From the NCBI GenBank assembly GCA_963845755.1, contig CAWJTV010000011.1:416001-480000 (forward strand): DNA of 64,000 nucleotides. The letters run 5' to 3'. Shown in pieces: positions 42,465 through 54,255 of this stretch (position 1 is its first letter; every line of letters begins with the position of its first letter). The stretch comes from an uncultured Planctomycetota bacterium (GTDB taxonomy: Bacteria; Planctomycetota; Planctomycetia; Isosphaerales; Isosphaeraceae). The position numbers were made by a program, and so were the translations under genes. Under the pieces are notes generated by a model. That model did not search any database. It was not told the DNA's origin and was given only the letters and a program-made list of their open reading frames with translations.

Positions 42465-43766
42465 ATGAAACTTGCCCTGGTGACGCGCCGGTATCCGCCG
42501 CTGATCGGCGGCGCGGAGAAGGTCTTGAGCTACCTGGCCGCGGCGCTGGCGGCCGAAGGCGCCGAGGTGACGGTGCTTACGTCGCGGATGCCGGGGTCCG
42601 GTTTGGCGGAACGGGAGGAGGTGCCGCTCGAGACCGCACGAGGAGGGCGTCGGGTGGAAGGAACCTCGCGCGGCCGGTTGATCGTGGTGTGGCTGCCGAC
42701 CTCTCGGCTGCGATTCTGGGGGACATGGCTTTATATGCGGAACCTCCGCCATTGGTTCGAGCAGAACCCGGTCGACGTGGCGTATGTGTCGATGCTCAAG
42801 CACGATGCCTATGTCACGATCGGGGCGGGGCGGCGGCTGGGCTTCCCGGTCGTCCTCAGGCCCGAAGGCGCCGGCGCGACGGGCGACATCGCCTGGCAAT
42901 CCTGGGGCAACTTCGGCCGGAGGATCGGACGGCGGTGTCGCCAGGCGTCGGCGTTCGTGGCCATCTCGAAGGCCGTCGAGGATGAGCTGCGGGCGGCCTG
43001 GCTTGGCGGGACCTTGCGCGAATCGGCGATCGATCGGATGTGGCATCGCCCGCCGTCGCAACCGCGGATCGTGGCGTTGCCCAACGGGGTCCCGATCCCG
43101 GAACGGCCCTGGCAGCGGCGCCCCGACTGGCACGCGGCACCTCGGGCGGCCTTCGTCGGGCGGCTGGCACCCGAGAAGGGGCTGGATTCGCTGGTCGACG
43201 CGTGGCCCGCGGTCCGGTCCGTTCATCCCGGTGCCCGGCTGACCCTCTTCGGCGAAGGACCCGAGCGGCCCGCCCTCGAGGCCAGGATCGAGGCGCGTGG
43301 CTTGACACTCGGGCCGGATCAGGCCGTCGAGCTGCCCGGCACCGTCGCCGATGTGACCACCGCGCTCTGCGACGTCGACCTGTTCGTCTTCCCCTCGCGC
43401 GAGGAAGGTATGAGCATCGCGCTGCTCGAGGCCATGGCCCTCGGCGTGCCGATCGTCGCCTCGTCGATCCCCGGGAATCGCCGACTCGTCGCCGACTTCA
43501 AGCACGGCCGACTCGCTCCGCCCGACGATCCCGAAGGCCTGGCGCGCATCATCAATGAACAGTGGTCGGATTACGACCGAGCCGTCCACATGGGCCTCGC
43601 CGCGCGGAGCCGCGTCGAACAGGAGTTCTCGATCCGGATCGTCGCGCGCCGGCATCTGGAATTATTCCAGGAGCTAGTCGGTAGTAGGCAGAATAGCAAG
43701 GAAAGGACAGGTCTCACGCGGAGACGCGGAGACCGCGGAGAAGAGAAAACGGACCGATCCAATTGA
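42465..43766 (+). CDS. Glycosyltransferase family 4
   Basis: PP.IGGAE, GRL.PEKG and PS.EEG....LEAMA motifs. Confidence 0.92.
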   Translation: MKLALVTRRYPPLIGGAEKVLSYLAAALAAEGAEVTVLTSRMPGSGLAEREEVPLETARGGRRVEGTSRGRLIVVWLPTSRLRFWGTWLYMRNLRHWFEQNPVDVAYVSMLKHDAYVTIGAGRRLGFPVVLRPEGAGATGDIAWQSWGNFGRRIGRRCRQASAFVAISKAVEDELRAAWLGGTLRESAIDRMWHRPPSQPRIVALPNGVPIPERPWQRRPDWHAAPRAAFVGRLAPEKGLDSLVDAWPAVRSVHPGARLTLFGEGPERPALEARIEARGLTLGPDQAVELPGTVADVTTALCDVDLFVFPSREEGMSIALLEAMALGVPIVASSIPGNRRLVADFKHGRLAPPDDPEGLARIINEQWSDYDRAVHMGLAARSRVEQEFSIRIVARRHLELFQELVGSRQNSKERTGLTRRRGDRGEEKTDRSN

Positions 43767-43788
43767 TTCTCTCCGCGTCTCCGCGTGA
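43713..43788. repeat. Inverted repeat (TCACGCGGAGACGCGGAGA / TCTCCGCGTCTCCGCGTGA)
   Basis: 19-bp inverted repeat at the end of the GT gene. Confidence 0.65.
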
Positions 43789-43816
43789 AATCTGTCTCCT
43801 GTTGTCTTGAAGGATC

Positions 43817-44939
43817 GTGATCGTGCTCAAGGTGCTGCAACTGATCCCGACGCTGGACCGTTCGGCGCCGAGAAGCAGATGGTGATGCTGGCCAAGGGGC
43901 TGCCGCGCGACCGGTTCCGGGTCGAGGTCGCGGCGCTGACGCGCTCGGGCCCCCTCGAGTCCGAGCTGAACGCCGCGGGGATTCCCGTCACGGTGATCGG
44001 CAAGCCGTTGAAGCTGGACCCGATCGCGCTGATCCGCCTGGCGCGGTTCCTCAAGTCAGGGGAATTCGACGTGGTCCAGAGCTGGATCTTCGCGGCGAAC
44101 GCGTATGGGCGGGTCGCGGCGCGACTGGCGGGGGTCCCGGTCGTGGTCGTGGCGGAGATGGCCGTGGACCTGTGGAAGGGGCGGTTCGATCGGCTCGTCG
44201 ACCGCCGGCTGGCGACGTGGTGCGATCGCCTGGTCGGCAACTCGCAGGCGGTCGTCGATTTCTATCGAGGGCTAGGAGTGCCCGGCGACCGGCTGGCGAT
44301 GATCTATTCGGGGATCGGCGACGAGGAGCCGCCGGCCGACGACCCGCGCACCGTCCGCTCCGAGCTGGGATTCGCACCCGAGGCGCCGATGGTCCTGTTC
44401 GCCGGCCGGCTGGCCGAGCAGAAGCGCGTGGACGACCTCCTGAAGGCGCTCGACCTGCTCCAGCACGTGCAGGCCGGCGTCTGTACGGTCATCGCCGGCG
44501 ACGGCCCGCTGCGGGGACGACTGGAAGCGACCGCACACGCCTATCAACTCGACGGCCGGGTCCGGTTCCTGGGCCATCGCGATGACGTCCCGCGGCTGAT
44601 GGCCGCCGCCGACATCCTCGTCTTGCCCAGCGCCTACGAGGGGCTGCCGAACGTGGTGCTCGAGGCGATGCGGTTCCGCAAGCCGGTCGTCGCCACTGCC
44701 GCGCCAGGGACCACCGAAGTCGTCGTCGACGGCGAGACCGGGATCCTGGTCCCCATCGGCGACGTGATCGTCCTGACCCGGGCGATCCGCGACCTGATCC
44801 GCGACCCCGCCCGGCGCGCCGCCTGGGCGAGGCCGGCCGAGCCCGTGCCGAGACCCACTTCGGCGCCGAGGCCATGGTCGCCCACTTCGCCGAGCTGTAC
44901 GAGCAGCTCGCGCGTTCGAAGGGGATCGGTGGAATGTAG
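43817..44939 (+). CDS. Glycosyltransferase family 4; frameshifts near 43862 and 44815-44840
   Basis: KVLQLIPTL..GAEKQ, GRL.EQK and PSAYEGLPNVVLEAM motifs. Confidence 0.88.
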
Positions 44940-45169
44940 AGCGCTTAACTTTTGCATAGCGCACGCCCTGAGGCGCTGCGAACTCACCCCCTTTTCGCAA
45001 GAGGGGTTCAGGGGGATTCTTCGGGAGCAGGCTTCGAGTGTCTGCCACCCAACTGTGGGGTGCTCTAGCGTGGTTTCGGGGAATGGATTGCATGAATCGC
45101 GTTGGCAGCCGCACAGGTTGGCTTCAGAATTACTGAGTGGTTCGTGTCGATCATCCGGAGCCGAACCTG

Positions 45170-45403
45170 ATGGAATCCATTAAAGAGTTGGCCGATGACA
45201 TTTACCGGGAACGCGTGCTGCGCGCCCGGCGGACGCCAATCGAGCAAAAGATCTCGGCAGGTGGTGAATTGTTCGAGGGCGTTTGCGAGAGGATGGCCGC
45301 AGGATTGCGCGATGAGAATCCGGGAGCCGATGAGGCGATGATCCAGGAACTCCTTAGGCGCCGACTGGCCTTGGTTCGCCGCCTGGAGTATCCCTCGCGA
45401 TGA
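45170..45403 (+). CDS. Small helical protein of the type found upstream of nucleotidyltransferase genes (antitoxin-like)
   Basis: DDIYRERVLRAR..P.EQK...G.ELF...C....AG.R...P; ATGA overlap with the next gene. Confidence 0.65.
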   Translation: MESIKELADDIYRERVLRARRTPIEQKISAGGELFEGVCERMAAGLRDENPGADEAMIQELLRRRLALVRRLEYPSR

Positions 45404-45727
45404 ACAACGAAGCGACAGTCGCCTTCGTCGAAGCACTCATCGCGTTCTTCCTCCTCAACGATGACCCTCACAATCAGGAACGGTTCCGTCGGCGTCGGCA
45501 GGCGACCCTGATGAATCGACAGGTCTGGAGACCGACGGTTGAGGACGTGATCATCACCAAGCTCCACTGGGCACTGCTGGGCAATCGATCCAAGGACCGA
45601 GATGACGTCCGCGACGTGATCGCCGTGCAGGGCGATCGGATCGACTGGGATTACGTCCACCGCTGGTGCGAGCAGCATGGCACCCGCGCTCCTGGACGAG
45701 TTCCGCGCCTCGATCCCGCCGATCTGA
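45400..45727 (+). pseudogene. Nucleotidyltransferase-family gene lacking its catalytic core
   Basis: C-terminal PT.EDVIITKL..W...RSKD..DV and DW.Y..RWC retained; no GS...DxD segment. Confidence 0.55.
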
Positions 45728-47675
45728 GCCGGAGCGCGTCACGTCCGCGCCACCGTCTCGCCGGACGGGCTCGGCTTGGGTGCGAACGTGGCGGGGCGCG
45801 GAGCGATTCGATCAGCGAGGTATACGCGAGCGTCAACTGGCGGCGGCTGAGCAGGCCGATGAGGTGCGTCGGGTCCTTGGGATCGACGACGGGCAGCTCG
45901 TCGATATTCAGTTCGGTCATCCGCCGCAAGGCCGTGTGCAGGTTGTCCTCGGGCGTGACCGTGAGCACCGGGCGATGCGCCAGGTCGTCGGCCAGGACCA
46001 GGGGTCCCCAGTCGGAACCGACCAGGGCAATCCGCAGGTCGCGGAGCGTGAAGATCCCCGTGAGCCGCCCGTCGCGGTCGATCACGGGAAAGAGCGTCTC
46101 GGCCGACCGGGCCACCAGGTGGATCAGTTCGCGGAACGGCGTGGCGGCGGCGACCGTCTCGATGCCCTGGGTCCGGACGCCCACTTCGCCAACACTGAGC
46201 TGCTCCAGCACGTCGACCACGAAGTCGCCCTGGTGTGCCGGGCTGTCGATGGGGGTCGGCACCTGCTCCTCGTAGATCGTCCATCGTCGCGAGATCGCCA
46301 TGTTCAGCCCGCACGCCAGCATCAACGGGACGAGCAGGCTGTACGAGCCGGTCATCTCGCTGACCATGACGATCGAGGTCAACGGCGTCTTGGAGACCCC
46401 GGCGAAGAAGCCGCCCATGCCGACGAGCACGAACGCCGCCGGTTCGATGTGGGCATTGGGCATCCAGTAATCCAGGAACTGGCCACACGCCCCGCCCAGC
46501 ATGCCGCCGATCAGCATCGACGGGCCGAATACGCCGCCGCTGCCGCCGGAGCTGATCGTCAATCCGGTCGCCACGATCTTCAGGATCGCCAGGATCATCA
46601 GCAGCCTCATGCCCATCTGGGGGACAAAGGGCGTCTCGCCAGGCATGGACAGTTCGGGGGGCATGCCGATCGCGCCCCACTGGACCCACCCGTAGCCGCC
46701 GGTCATGACCTCGGGATACGCCAGGGCCAGCAGGCCCAGCAGCAATCCGCCCACCGCCGGCTTGATGTGCCGAGGGATCGGCATCGGCTTGAAGATCCAG
46801 TCGCGCATCCCGTAAAAGACGCGGACGTAGAGCCAGCCCACCGCCGCACACGCCAGCGTAAGGATGATGAACAGCGGCAGGTCGCGGAGACCGTGAAAGG
46901 TCATGTTGTCGGGCAGCAGGAAGATCGGCCGGGGCGTGATGAACAGCGCGAACGTGGAATAGGCAACGATCGAGCTGGCCAGGCAGGGCAAGAGGGCCGC
47001 CGATTCGAAGGCGGTGGAGGCATAAAGGACCTCGCCGGCGAACAGGGCACCTCCCAGCGGTGCCCGGAAGATGGCGCCCACGCCCCCGGCGGCGCCGGCG
47101 AGCATCAACAGCCGACGATCGGTCGGCGGCAGCTTCAAGAGCCCGCCGAGCATCGAGCCGAACCCGGCCCCGATCTGCGCGATGGGGCCCTCCTGTCCCG
47201 CCGAGCCGCCGGTGCCCATCGTGATGATCGAGGCGACCGACTTGATCCACGGCACCCGGGCACGGATCTTCCCGCCGCCCCGATGAAACGCCCGGATCAT
47301 GGCGTCGGTCCCATGGCCCTCCGCCTCGGGGGCCAGCGCGAAGACCAGCGCGCCCGAGATCAGCCCGCCCACCGTCGGTATCAGCACCACCAGCCACGCG
47401 GGATAGGGATAGGTGACCTCATGCGGCTCCTCCTCGACCGTTGACGGCCTCTGGAAATGGAGCAGTCCACCCAGGACCTCCTTGTAGGTGAACTGGAGGG
47501 CCAGCAGGAAGACCACGGCTCCCAGGCCCGCCACCAGGCCGACCACCGGACTGCAAATCGCGACCCGCCCGACCCTCGGCGCCGACCAGAGTGCCGCCAG
47601 CCGTTCGAACCCATCGCGAAGCCATCCGATCCCATTACCGGAACCCGCGGGAGGTGAATCCTTGGACTGCTGCAT
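45651..47675 (-). CDS. ClC chloride channel/antiporter with CBS domains (true stop probably 45739)
   Basis: GHGTD, GSAGQEGP and GGSGGVFGP motifs; C-terminal CBS pair. Confidence 0.93.
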   Translation of the reverse strand: MQQSKDSPPAGSGNGIGWLRDGFERLAALWSAPRVGRVAICSPVVGLVAGLGAVVFLLALQFTYKEVLGGLLHFQRPSTVEEEPHEVTYPYPAWLVVLIPTVGGLISGALVFALAPEAEGHGTDAMIRAFHRGGGKIRARVPWIKSVASIITMGTGGSAGQEGPIAQIGAGFGSMLGGLLKLPPTDRRLLMLAGAAGGVGAIFRAPLGGALFAGEVLYASTAFESAALLPCLASSIVAYSTFALFITPRPIFLLPDNMTFHGLRDLPLFIILTLACAAVGWLYVRVFYGMRDWIFKPMPIPRHIKPAVGGLLLGLLALAYPEVMTGGYGWVQWGAIGMPPELSMPGETPFVPQMGMRLLMILAILKIVATGLTISSGGSGGVFGPSMLIGGMLGGACGQFLDYWMPNAHIEPAAFVLVGMGGFFAGVSKTPLTSIVMVSEMTGSYSLLVPLMLACGLNMAISRRWTIYEEQVPTPIDSPAHQGDFVVDVLEQLSVGEVGVRTQGIETVAAATPFRELIHLVARSAETLFPVIDRDGRLTGIFTLRDLRIALVGSDWGPLVLADDLAHRPVLTVTPEDNLHTALRRMTELNIDELPVVDPKDPTHLIGLLSRRQLTLAYTSLIESLRAPPRSHPSRARPARRWRGRDALRLRSAGSRRGTRPGARVPCCSHQRWT

Positions 47676-48041
47676 CGTTAGGTGATCCTGGACGTGGCGG
47701 GAAAACGGGGCCTGGGCTCAGCGGGAGTGTCTCGGGTCCTCATCTGGCCGCCTGCCCGATCCGAACGGCCATCGACCCATTCCAGCCGATTGCCCCTCCA
47801 ACGTCCAGGACATTTCCACGGAGGTGCGGTTACAATACGGGGCGATCGCGAAGGGATCGGTCCGATTCTCAGCATCGAGATCGGCGATCGCGCCTCCCGA
47901 TTCAGGGCGCACCAGAAGCCACCGATTTCTCCGAAGGTAGACAAATCACCATAGCGTCGTCACGATGGTATTCGGCGAGCCCAGGGCGAACCCTCCTTTT
48001 CCCACGCTGGTGGATCGACTGACAGCCGGGAGAATCCCGCG

Positions 48042-48824
48042 ATGCCATCTCCTTTCCCCGAAATGAATCCCTACCTGGAACAGGAAGACGTCTGGCAGGA
48101 CTTTCACGAGCGGTTCATTCCCCTGGTGGCGACCCTCCTGGGAGGTCAGTTACGGCCACGGTACATCGTCAAGATCGACGAACACATCTACGTCCACGAG
48201 TTGGGGGAGGAGTCGCGTCGCTGGGTGGGTCGGGCCGACGTCTCCGTGGGAGTCGGTACTCCGGAGGCCGCGCACGAGCCGGTTCCCGGGGCTGCCACGG
48301 GGCTCCTCGAAGCCCCGGCGCGGGTCCGGCTCCCCGCTGTGGATCGCGAACGTATGAGCTATGTGGAGATCCGCGACCGTCGCGACCGGGAGCTGGTCAC
48401 GGTGATTGAATTGTTGAGTCCCTCGAACAAGTATATAGGACCCGATCGGGAGCAATACCTGGCCAAGCTCATGGAGATCCTCAACGGGCCGGCTCATCTG
48501 ATCGAGATCGACCTGCAGCGCGGAGGGCCTCCCTTGCCGGCAGCCGACCGGCCCGATTGCTCCTATTCGATCCTCGTCAGCCGGGTCGAGCGCCGCCCCC
48601 ACGCCGAGTTCTGGCCCGTCGCCCTCCGCGATCGATTGCCGGTGATCCCCGTCCCGGTCCGCGCTCCGGATCCCGACGCCCAACTTGATTTGCAAGCGGC
48701 CCTTGACCGCATCTACGACGACGCGGGCTATGCTGACTACATCTACGAGGGAAACCCACGCCCGCGCCTCGACGGCGACGACGCAGTCTGGACTCGACGG
48801 TTATTCCCACAGCCACCATCGTGA
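48042..48824 (+). CDS. DUF4058 family protein
   Basis: MPSPFP.MNPYLE...W.DFH, VTVIELLSPSNK and EIDL.R.G motifs. Confidence 0.92.
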   Translation: MPSPFPEMNPYLEQEDVWQDFHERFIPLVATLLGGQLRPRYIVKIDEHIYVHELGEESRRWVGRADVSVGVGTPEAAHEPVPGAATGLLEAPARVRLPAVDRERMSYVEIRDRRDRELVTVIELLSPSNKYIGPDREQYLAKLMEILNGPAHLIEIDLQRGGPPLPAADRPDCSYSILVSRVERRPHAEFWPVALRDRLPVIPVPVRAPDPDAQLDLQAALDRIYDDAGYADYIYEGNPRPRLDGDDAVWTRRLFPQPPS

Positions 48825-48864
48825 AGGGGCTCGAGGCGCCCGTCTTGCTGCCGATCCCGGTGGC

Positions 48865-49887
48865 TCAGAACGCATCGCCCGACACGACCTCCCCGCCGGC
48901 GCGGGTGGAAAGCGCCCGCCACGTCGCGGGGTTCACGGTGTCCTTCACGAAGGCGGCGTGTCCGTCGCAGAAGAGCAGGTTCACTCCGCCGGGGTGGTAG
49001 CTCCGCGCGGCCTTCCAGCCGGGGTTGTGATAGACCGTGCAATCGGGCCGGTTGGCATTGGGCATGAGGTAGTGGTTATACAAGGTATTTTGATAATTGC
49101 CGTCCCACCAGCTCGACCCTTTGTTGAGCAGCCAGCCGTCGGGCGCCGCGGCGCAGGCGGCGTCGGAGAGCGGGGCCGCGGCCACGCGGGCCATGGCCCG
49201 GCTCCAGGGCAAGGGGATGGGCGTCGGCGCGGGCTGCGAGTAAGGCCCAGCGATCCCGAGCGACTGCTCGGAAGCCGCGGCCGTCGCGCTGGTGCCGTCG
49301 ATCACGCTGGCGACGGACAGGGACAGACCGAGGATGAACGTGCCGTCGGCATTGGTCGCGTCGCCGCCGTTGGAGCCGTCCCCGGTGCAGAAGGCGTAGT
49401 TGGTCGGACCGGTGCCGACGGCGGGTGGCGGCGCGCCGTCGCTCGGGCAGAGGAAGAACGAGATGTTGGTCGCCATCGCCGTCGTGTTGGCTGGGAAGTA
49501 GGGCCAGAACAACGCGCCGCTGCCTGTCGGTTGGTGGGCGATTGGGAAGTCGAAGTTGAGCGCGTTGAACACGCTGGCCTGCTCCATGCAGGGAGCCATC
49601 TGCGCCAGCACCGACCACCGATACTGCGAAGGGGATGAGTTCGCCAATACCCCATGATAGGCATAAAGGAACCCCACGGGGAACCCATTCCATGAGGCGT
49701 GGTAGTTGTGCAGGGCCAGGCCGAACTGCTTGAAGTTGTTGGTGCACTGAATCCGCCGCGCCGCCTCGCGCGCCGATTGCACCGCGGGGAGCAACAGCGC
49801 AATCAACACGCTGATGATCGCAATCACCACCAGGAGCTCGATCAACGTGAATCCGGTCCGCCGCTGATCTTCCGCACGAACGTCCAT
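48865..49887 (-). CDS. DUF1559 prepilin-type N-terminal cleavage / H-X9-DG protein
   Basis: GFTLIELLVVIAII..L.ALLLPAVQ.AREAARR and S.HPGGVN.LFCDG motifs. Confidence 0.95.
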   Translation of the reverse strand: MDVRAEDQRRTGFTLIELLVVIAIISVLIALLLPAVQSAREAARRIQCTNNFKQFGLALHNYHASWNGFPVGFLYAYHGVLANSSPSQYRWSVLAQMAPCMEQASVFNALNFDFPIAHQPTGSGALFWPYFPANTTAMATNISFFLCPSDGAPPPAVGTGPTNYAFCTGDGSNGGDATNADGTFILGLSLSVASVIDGTSATAAASEQSLGIAGPYSQPAPTPIPLPWSRAMARVAAAPLSDAACAAAPDGWLLNKGSSWWDGNYQNTLYNHYLMPNANRPDCTVYHNPGWKAARSYHPGGVNLLFCDGHAAFVKDTVNPATWRALSTRAGGEVVSGDAF

Positions 49888-50497
49888 CGGCCTTATCCTC
49901 CAGGCTCGGCGAAGTCACAAGGTCGCTTCGCTCCCGCTTTCCGTTCTCAGTGGATCCACCATTTATTAACTGAACACTGAACGCTATAACGAGATACGCG
50001 GACCGCTTCGGAATGGTATCTTACGTCTGATCCGTCCTCGCCTTCAAGCGGATCGGCTCCTGTTCGAACGTTTCAGTCGAAGTCGATGGTTCGGCGAACT
50101 CCGCTGCCGCCATGAGGATTCTTCAGAAAAGCTGGACCAAACGAACGCCCTGGCGGACTTCCTGGATCAAGAGCCGGCTGGCGCGAGGGCGGGAGCAACT
50201 GAGGGTGCGGTTGACCCGTCATGGCCTGGCGGTGCCCGCAGGCTTGCCGCCCGAGTCAGGTGTCCGCGAGGGGAGCCCGGCGCCCGTGGCGCTGTTCCGC
50301 GCAGGAAGCCGGTAAAATGAGCAGGACTGAAGTCGTGCCGAAGTAACCCAGCCCGGCGGATACTCGATCGATCTTGGGAAGGCATGAACTGGCAGGACCG
50401 CGGCGATGAGTGGATGATCATTGAGCATATGCAAACTGCCGAAGAAGAACGTCGGGAGGCCGCCCTCTCCGCCCAGCATCCGGGAGCATAGCCGATC

Positions 50498-51853
50498 ATG
50501 GCACGTCCACCTATCAACCCTGTCCAGGAGATCCGGGACATGATCGGCCAGGCTGTTCCGCTCCCTCCAGAAGCCGGAGCCCCGTTGACCCAGAGGACAG
50601 AGATCTCCCGGCGGCATTTCCTGCGATCCCTCGGCTTCATGCCCGCGGCCGCCCTGATGGCGGGCTACGATGCTCTGGCTGCACCGGAGCGCGGGAAGGC
50701 CAGGATCCGCGACATCCGGGTGATGGTGCTCCAGGGTCCGAGGACGTACACGCTGGTCAGAGTGGAGAGCGACGCCGGCCTTTACGGCATCGGCGAGGCT
50801 TACGGGAGTCCCGGCGTGGGGGTCAAGGAGCAGGTCCTCGCGCTCGGGCCGGAGTTGATCGGCAAGGATCCGCTGGGTATCGATGCCTTGATCACCGGCT
50901 TAGGGACGCGGATCGACGGCTCGGCGCACATGCTGCTGAGGGCAGTCAGCGGCGTCGAGATGGCCCTCTGGGATCTGGCGGGAAAGACCCTCGGCGTCCC
51001 GACGACCACACTGCTCGGCGGTAAGTTCCGCGACCGCGTGCGGATGTACGACCACTCGGCTCCGCGCGACATGATGGACCCCTCTTCGTGCCGGGAGTGG
51101 GCCGATCGCGTCAAGTCCGACCCGAGCGGCTTCACCGCCCACAAGTTCGGCTTCCCCCACACCGACCCGCGTCGGGACCCCGCTCGCGACCGATCCAACC
51201 GCGTGCTCACGACGACGGAGCTCATCCAGATCCGCCGGGGGTTCGAGAACTGCCGCGAGGCGATCGGCTGGGACCACGACATCATGGTCCATTGCCACTG
51301 GGAGTACGACCTGCGGACCTCGATCCAGCTCGCCGAGTCGATCGAGCCGATCAAGCCGCTCTGGCTGGAAGACCCCTTGCCCCCCGACTATACCGAAGGC
51401 TGGCGACGGCTCGCCGCCGCGTCGAAGGTCCCCATCTGCACGGGTGAGAACCTCGCCCGTAGGCAAGGATTCAAGGATTTCCTCATCAATCAGGGTTGTG
51501 ACATCTTGCACCCTGACCTGCGCAACACGGGCGGGTTCCTCGAGACCAAGCGGATCGCCGACCTCGCCGACGTCTTCGCCTTGCCCATGGCGACTCACAA
51601 CACGGGCAGCCTGATCCACACCATCGCGACGGCCCACTGGGCCAGCACCATTCGCGACTTCCTGGCCTCGGAGACCGTCGTCGGCCAAGGAGGCTGGATG
51701 GACGATGTCGTCATCCACGACGGACCGGTCATCAAGAAGGGCTTCATCGAACCCTCCGATCGGCCCGGGCTCGGCCTGGAACTGAACCCCGACGTCGTCA
51801 AGGCCCACCTGGCACCCGGCGAGTCTTACTGGCCCGTGGTCCGTGGTCAGTAG
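50498..51853 (+). CDS. Mandelate racemase/muconate lactonising (enolase superfamily) enzyme with Tat-like signal
   Basis: ISRRHFL, SGVEMALWDL.GK, WLEDP and GEN motifs. Confidence 0.9.
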   Translation: MARPPINPVQEIRDMIGQAVPLPPEAGAPLTQRTEISRRHFLRSLGFMPAAALMAGYDALAAPERGKARIRDIRVMVLQGPRTYTLVRVESDAGLYGIGEAYGSPGVGVKEQVLALGPELIGKDPLGIDALITGLGTRIDGSAHMLLRAVSGVEMALWDLAGKTLGVPTTTLLGGKFRDRVRMYDHSAPRDMMDPSSCREWADRVKSDPSGFTAHKFGFPHTDPRRDPARDRSNRVLTTTELIQIRRGFENCREAIGWDHDIMVHCHWEYDLRTSIQLAESIEPIKPLWLEDPLPPDYTEGWRRLAAASKVPICTGENLARRQGFKDFLINQGCDILHPDLRNTGGFLETKRIADLADVFALPMATHNTGSLIHTIATAHWASTIRDFLASETVVGQGGWMDDVVIHDGPVIKKGFIEPSDRPGLGLELNPDVVKAHLAPGESYWPVVRGQ

Positions 51854-52292
51854 TCCATGGTTCGTGGTGAGGAGCGGCCGATCTCGATGGTGGTCGCGGC
51901 CGTATCGTGGAGGCCACCTCTGCACGATACCAGAGCGGCACTCTTGCCCTGAAACAAGATGGAAATCCGGATAATATGCATCGGAAAAGAACGATCACAA
52001 AATCAAATGAATCAGAAACGATGATTCCCGAGGATGCGATGGCGGATCTGGAGCGGGCGGTTGATAACCTCATGACGGTCGGCGTGACGAGGAGTTCTGG
52101 GCCGGTCCACCGGGATGAACAGTCCTTTGCCGTGCGCGGACCGCTTCATCTCCCGCTTCCTGACGCCCGCCAACCCTCGATCCTTGACTGCCCGAGCACT
52201 CGGAGTATGATGAGCCCTTGGCTGGGTCGGCCAGAGAGTCTTCGTCTCGATTTCTCATGAACTCGGGTTCCTTAACGCTCCGGGAGGCGCCT

Positions 52293-54150
52293 GTGAGCGC
52301 GTTCATCTCCTCACCTCGTGCCGTTGCAGGTCAAGGCATACGCGGTCTGGTGTTCCTCACGATGCTGGGGTTCGCCGCCTGGCTGGGGCTGGGAGGCTGG
52401 AGGCCCCGCGCCACCGCCCTCGCGCTGGAGCTGGCCGCGACGACTCAACAGGCTCCGGCCGAGCCGGTCGGGCCCGTCGATGACGAGGACCTCTTGAAAG
52501 CCGATTCGAATCAATCGAACTGGCTGCTCTATGGTCGCACGTACGACGGTCACCGCTACAGCCCGCTCAAGCAGATCAACACCGAGAACGTCTCGCGGCT
52601 GATCCCGGTCTGGACGTTCCAGACCGGCGTGCTCGACGGCTTCGAATGCACGCCGCTGGTGATCGACGGCATCATGTACGTAACCACGCCCTGGAACCAC
52701 GCCTACGCGATCGACGCCAAGACCGGCGATCAGCTCTGGCACTATCAGAAGTCGCTGCCCGAGAACCTGGCCCTCTGCTGCGATGCCGTCAACCGGGGCT
52801 TCGCCGCGTCGGGCGAGCGACTCTACATGGCGACCCTCGATGCCCACCTCGTCTGCCTCGACCGCAACACCGGCGCGGAGATCTGGGATATCCCGATCAC
52901 GGTTCCCGGCGCCGACGGCAAGGAGACGGGCGACATCTACAAGATGGCCTACAGCGCGACTCTGGCCCCGCTGGTCATCAAGGGGCAAAGTGATCATCGG
53001 CATCAGCGGCGCGGAATACGGCATCCGCGGCTTCATCGACGCCTACGACGCCCAAGACGGCAAGCGGCTCTGGCGGTTCTACACCGTGCCCGGCGCCGAG
53101 GACAAGTCCGAGCACGCCCAGAAAGCCCTGAAAAGCTGGGAGGGCAATTCCTGGCTCACCGGCGGCGGCTCCGCCTGGGTGACCGGCACGTACGACCCCG
53201 AGCTCAATACCCTTTACTGGGGCATCGGCAACCCCTCGCCCGACTTCAACGGCGAGGTCCGCAAGGGCGATAACCTCTACACCTGCTCCATCCTCGCCCT
53301 CAACCCGGACGACGGCACTTACAAATGGCACTTCCAGAACAGCCCCCACGACGTCTGGGATTATGACGGCGTCAACGAGCCCATGCTGGTCAACATCAAC
53401 CGGGACGGCCAGAAAATCAAGGCACTCGTCCAGGCGCACCGGAACGGGTACTTCTACTGCCTGAACCGGGAGAACGGCCAGTTCCTCTACGGCAAGCCGT
53501 TCTGCGAGGTCACCTGGACCGACCGCACCAAGGGTGCCGACGGCCTCGATCCCAAGACGGGGCGACCGTTCGTCAACCCGGCGGCGCTGCCGACGGCGGC
53601 GGGCGTCCGCGTCTGTCCCGGCGCGGCCGGAGGCAAGGAATGGAACCCAATGGCCTATGATGAAGCCAACGGTCTGGCCTTCGTGTCGGTAATCAACAAC
53701 TGCGCCAAATTTACATCGGGCAAAGCCTTCTTCATCAAGGGCCAGCCGTACTGGGGCAGTTCGCTGACCTTGATCGACAACCAGGCGTCCGGCGCGTTCA
53801 AGGCCATCGACGTGACGACCGGCGCGATCCAGTGGGAGAAGGCCGCGCGGTCGCCGATGGTCGCCGGCGTGCTGGCCACCGGCGGCGGACTGGTCTTCAC
53901 CGGCGATGCCGAGGGTTACTTCACCGCCTATGACTCCAAGACCGGCAAGGACCTCTGGACATTCCAGTGCGGCTCGGGGCACCACTCCGGTCCGATCACG
54001 TATTCCCTGGACAGCCGGCAGTATATTGCGGTCTGCGCCGGCTGGGGCGGCTGGACGGCCGGATTCGCCGGTGACGGTGCCCCCTGGCTCCGCAACGCCC
54101 GGCGCGGGAATACCCTGTTCGTGTTTGCCTTGCCGGAGGACAAGAAATAG
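52293..54150 (+). CDS. PQQ-dependent alcohol dehydrogenase (methanol/ethanol family), lanthanide-type motif; frameshift near 52985
   Basis: Vicinal CC (LCCDAVNRG), EYGIRG, GNPSP and PHDVWDYDGVNE motifs. Confidence 0.9.
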
Positions 54151-54255
54151 ATCGACGATACCGCGTTCGTCGCGGGTCTCTGGGCGCCCGAAGGGTCGCC
54201 GCCGGTTGCTGGATCGAGGGTCTCCCATCCAGGGGTTCGTCGCGAAAGGTCTCCC

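Noticed and set aside
44937..45067. Possible TAGAGC...GCTCTA-ended MITE
   Set aside because: Only an 8-bp imperfect inverted repeat and a single copy; too weak to call.
49890..50490. Possible cobalamin riboswitch upstream of the DUF1559 gene
   Set aside because: No recognisable B12-box or conserved core motifs on either strand.
52007..52090. Short fragment MIPEDAMADLERAVDNLM resembling a small helical gene start
   Set aside because: Too short and truncated to assign.
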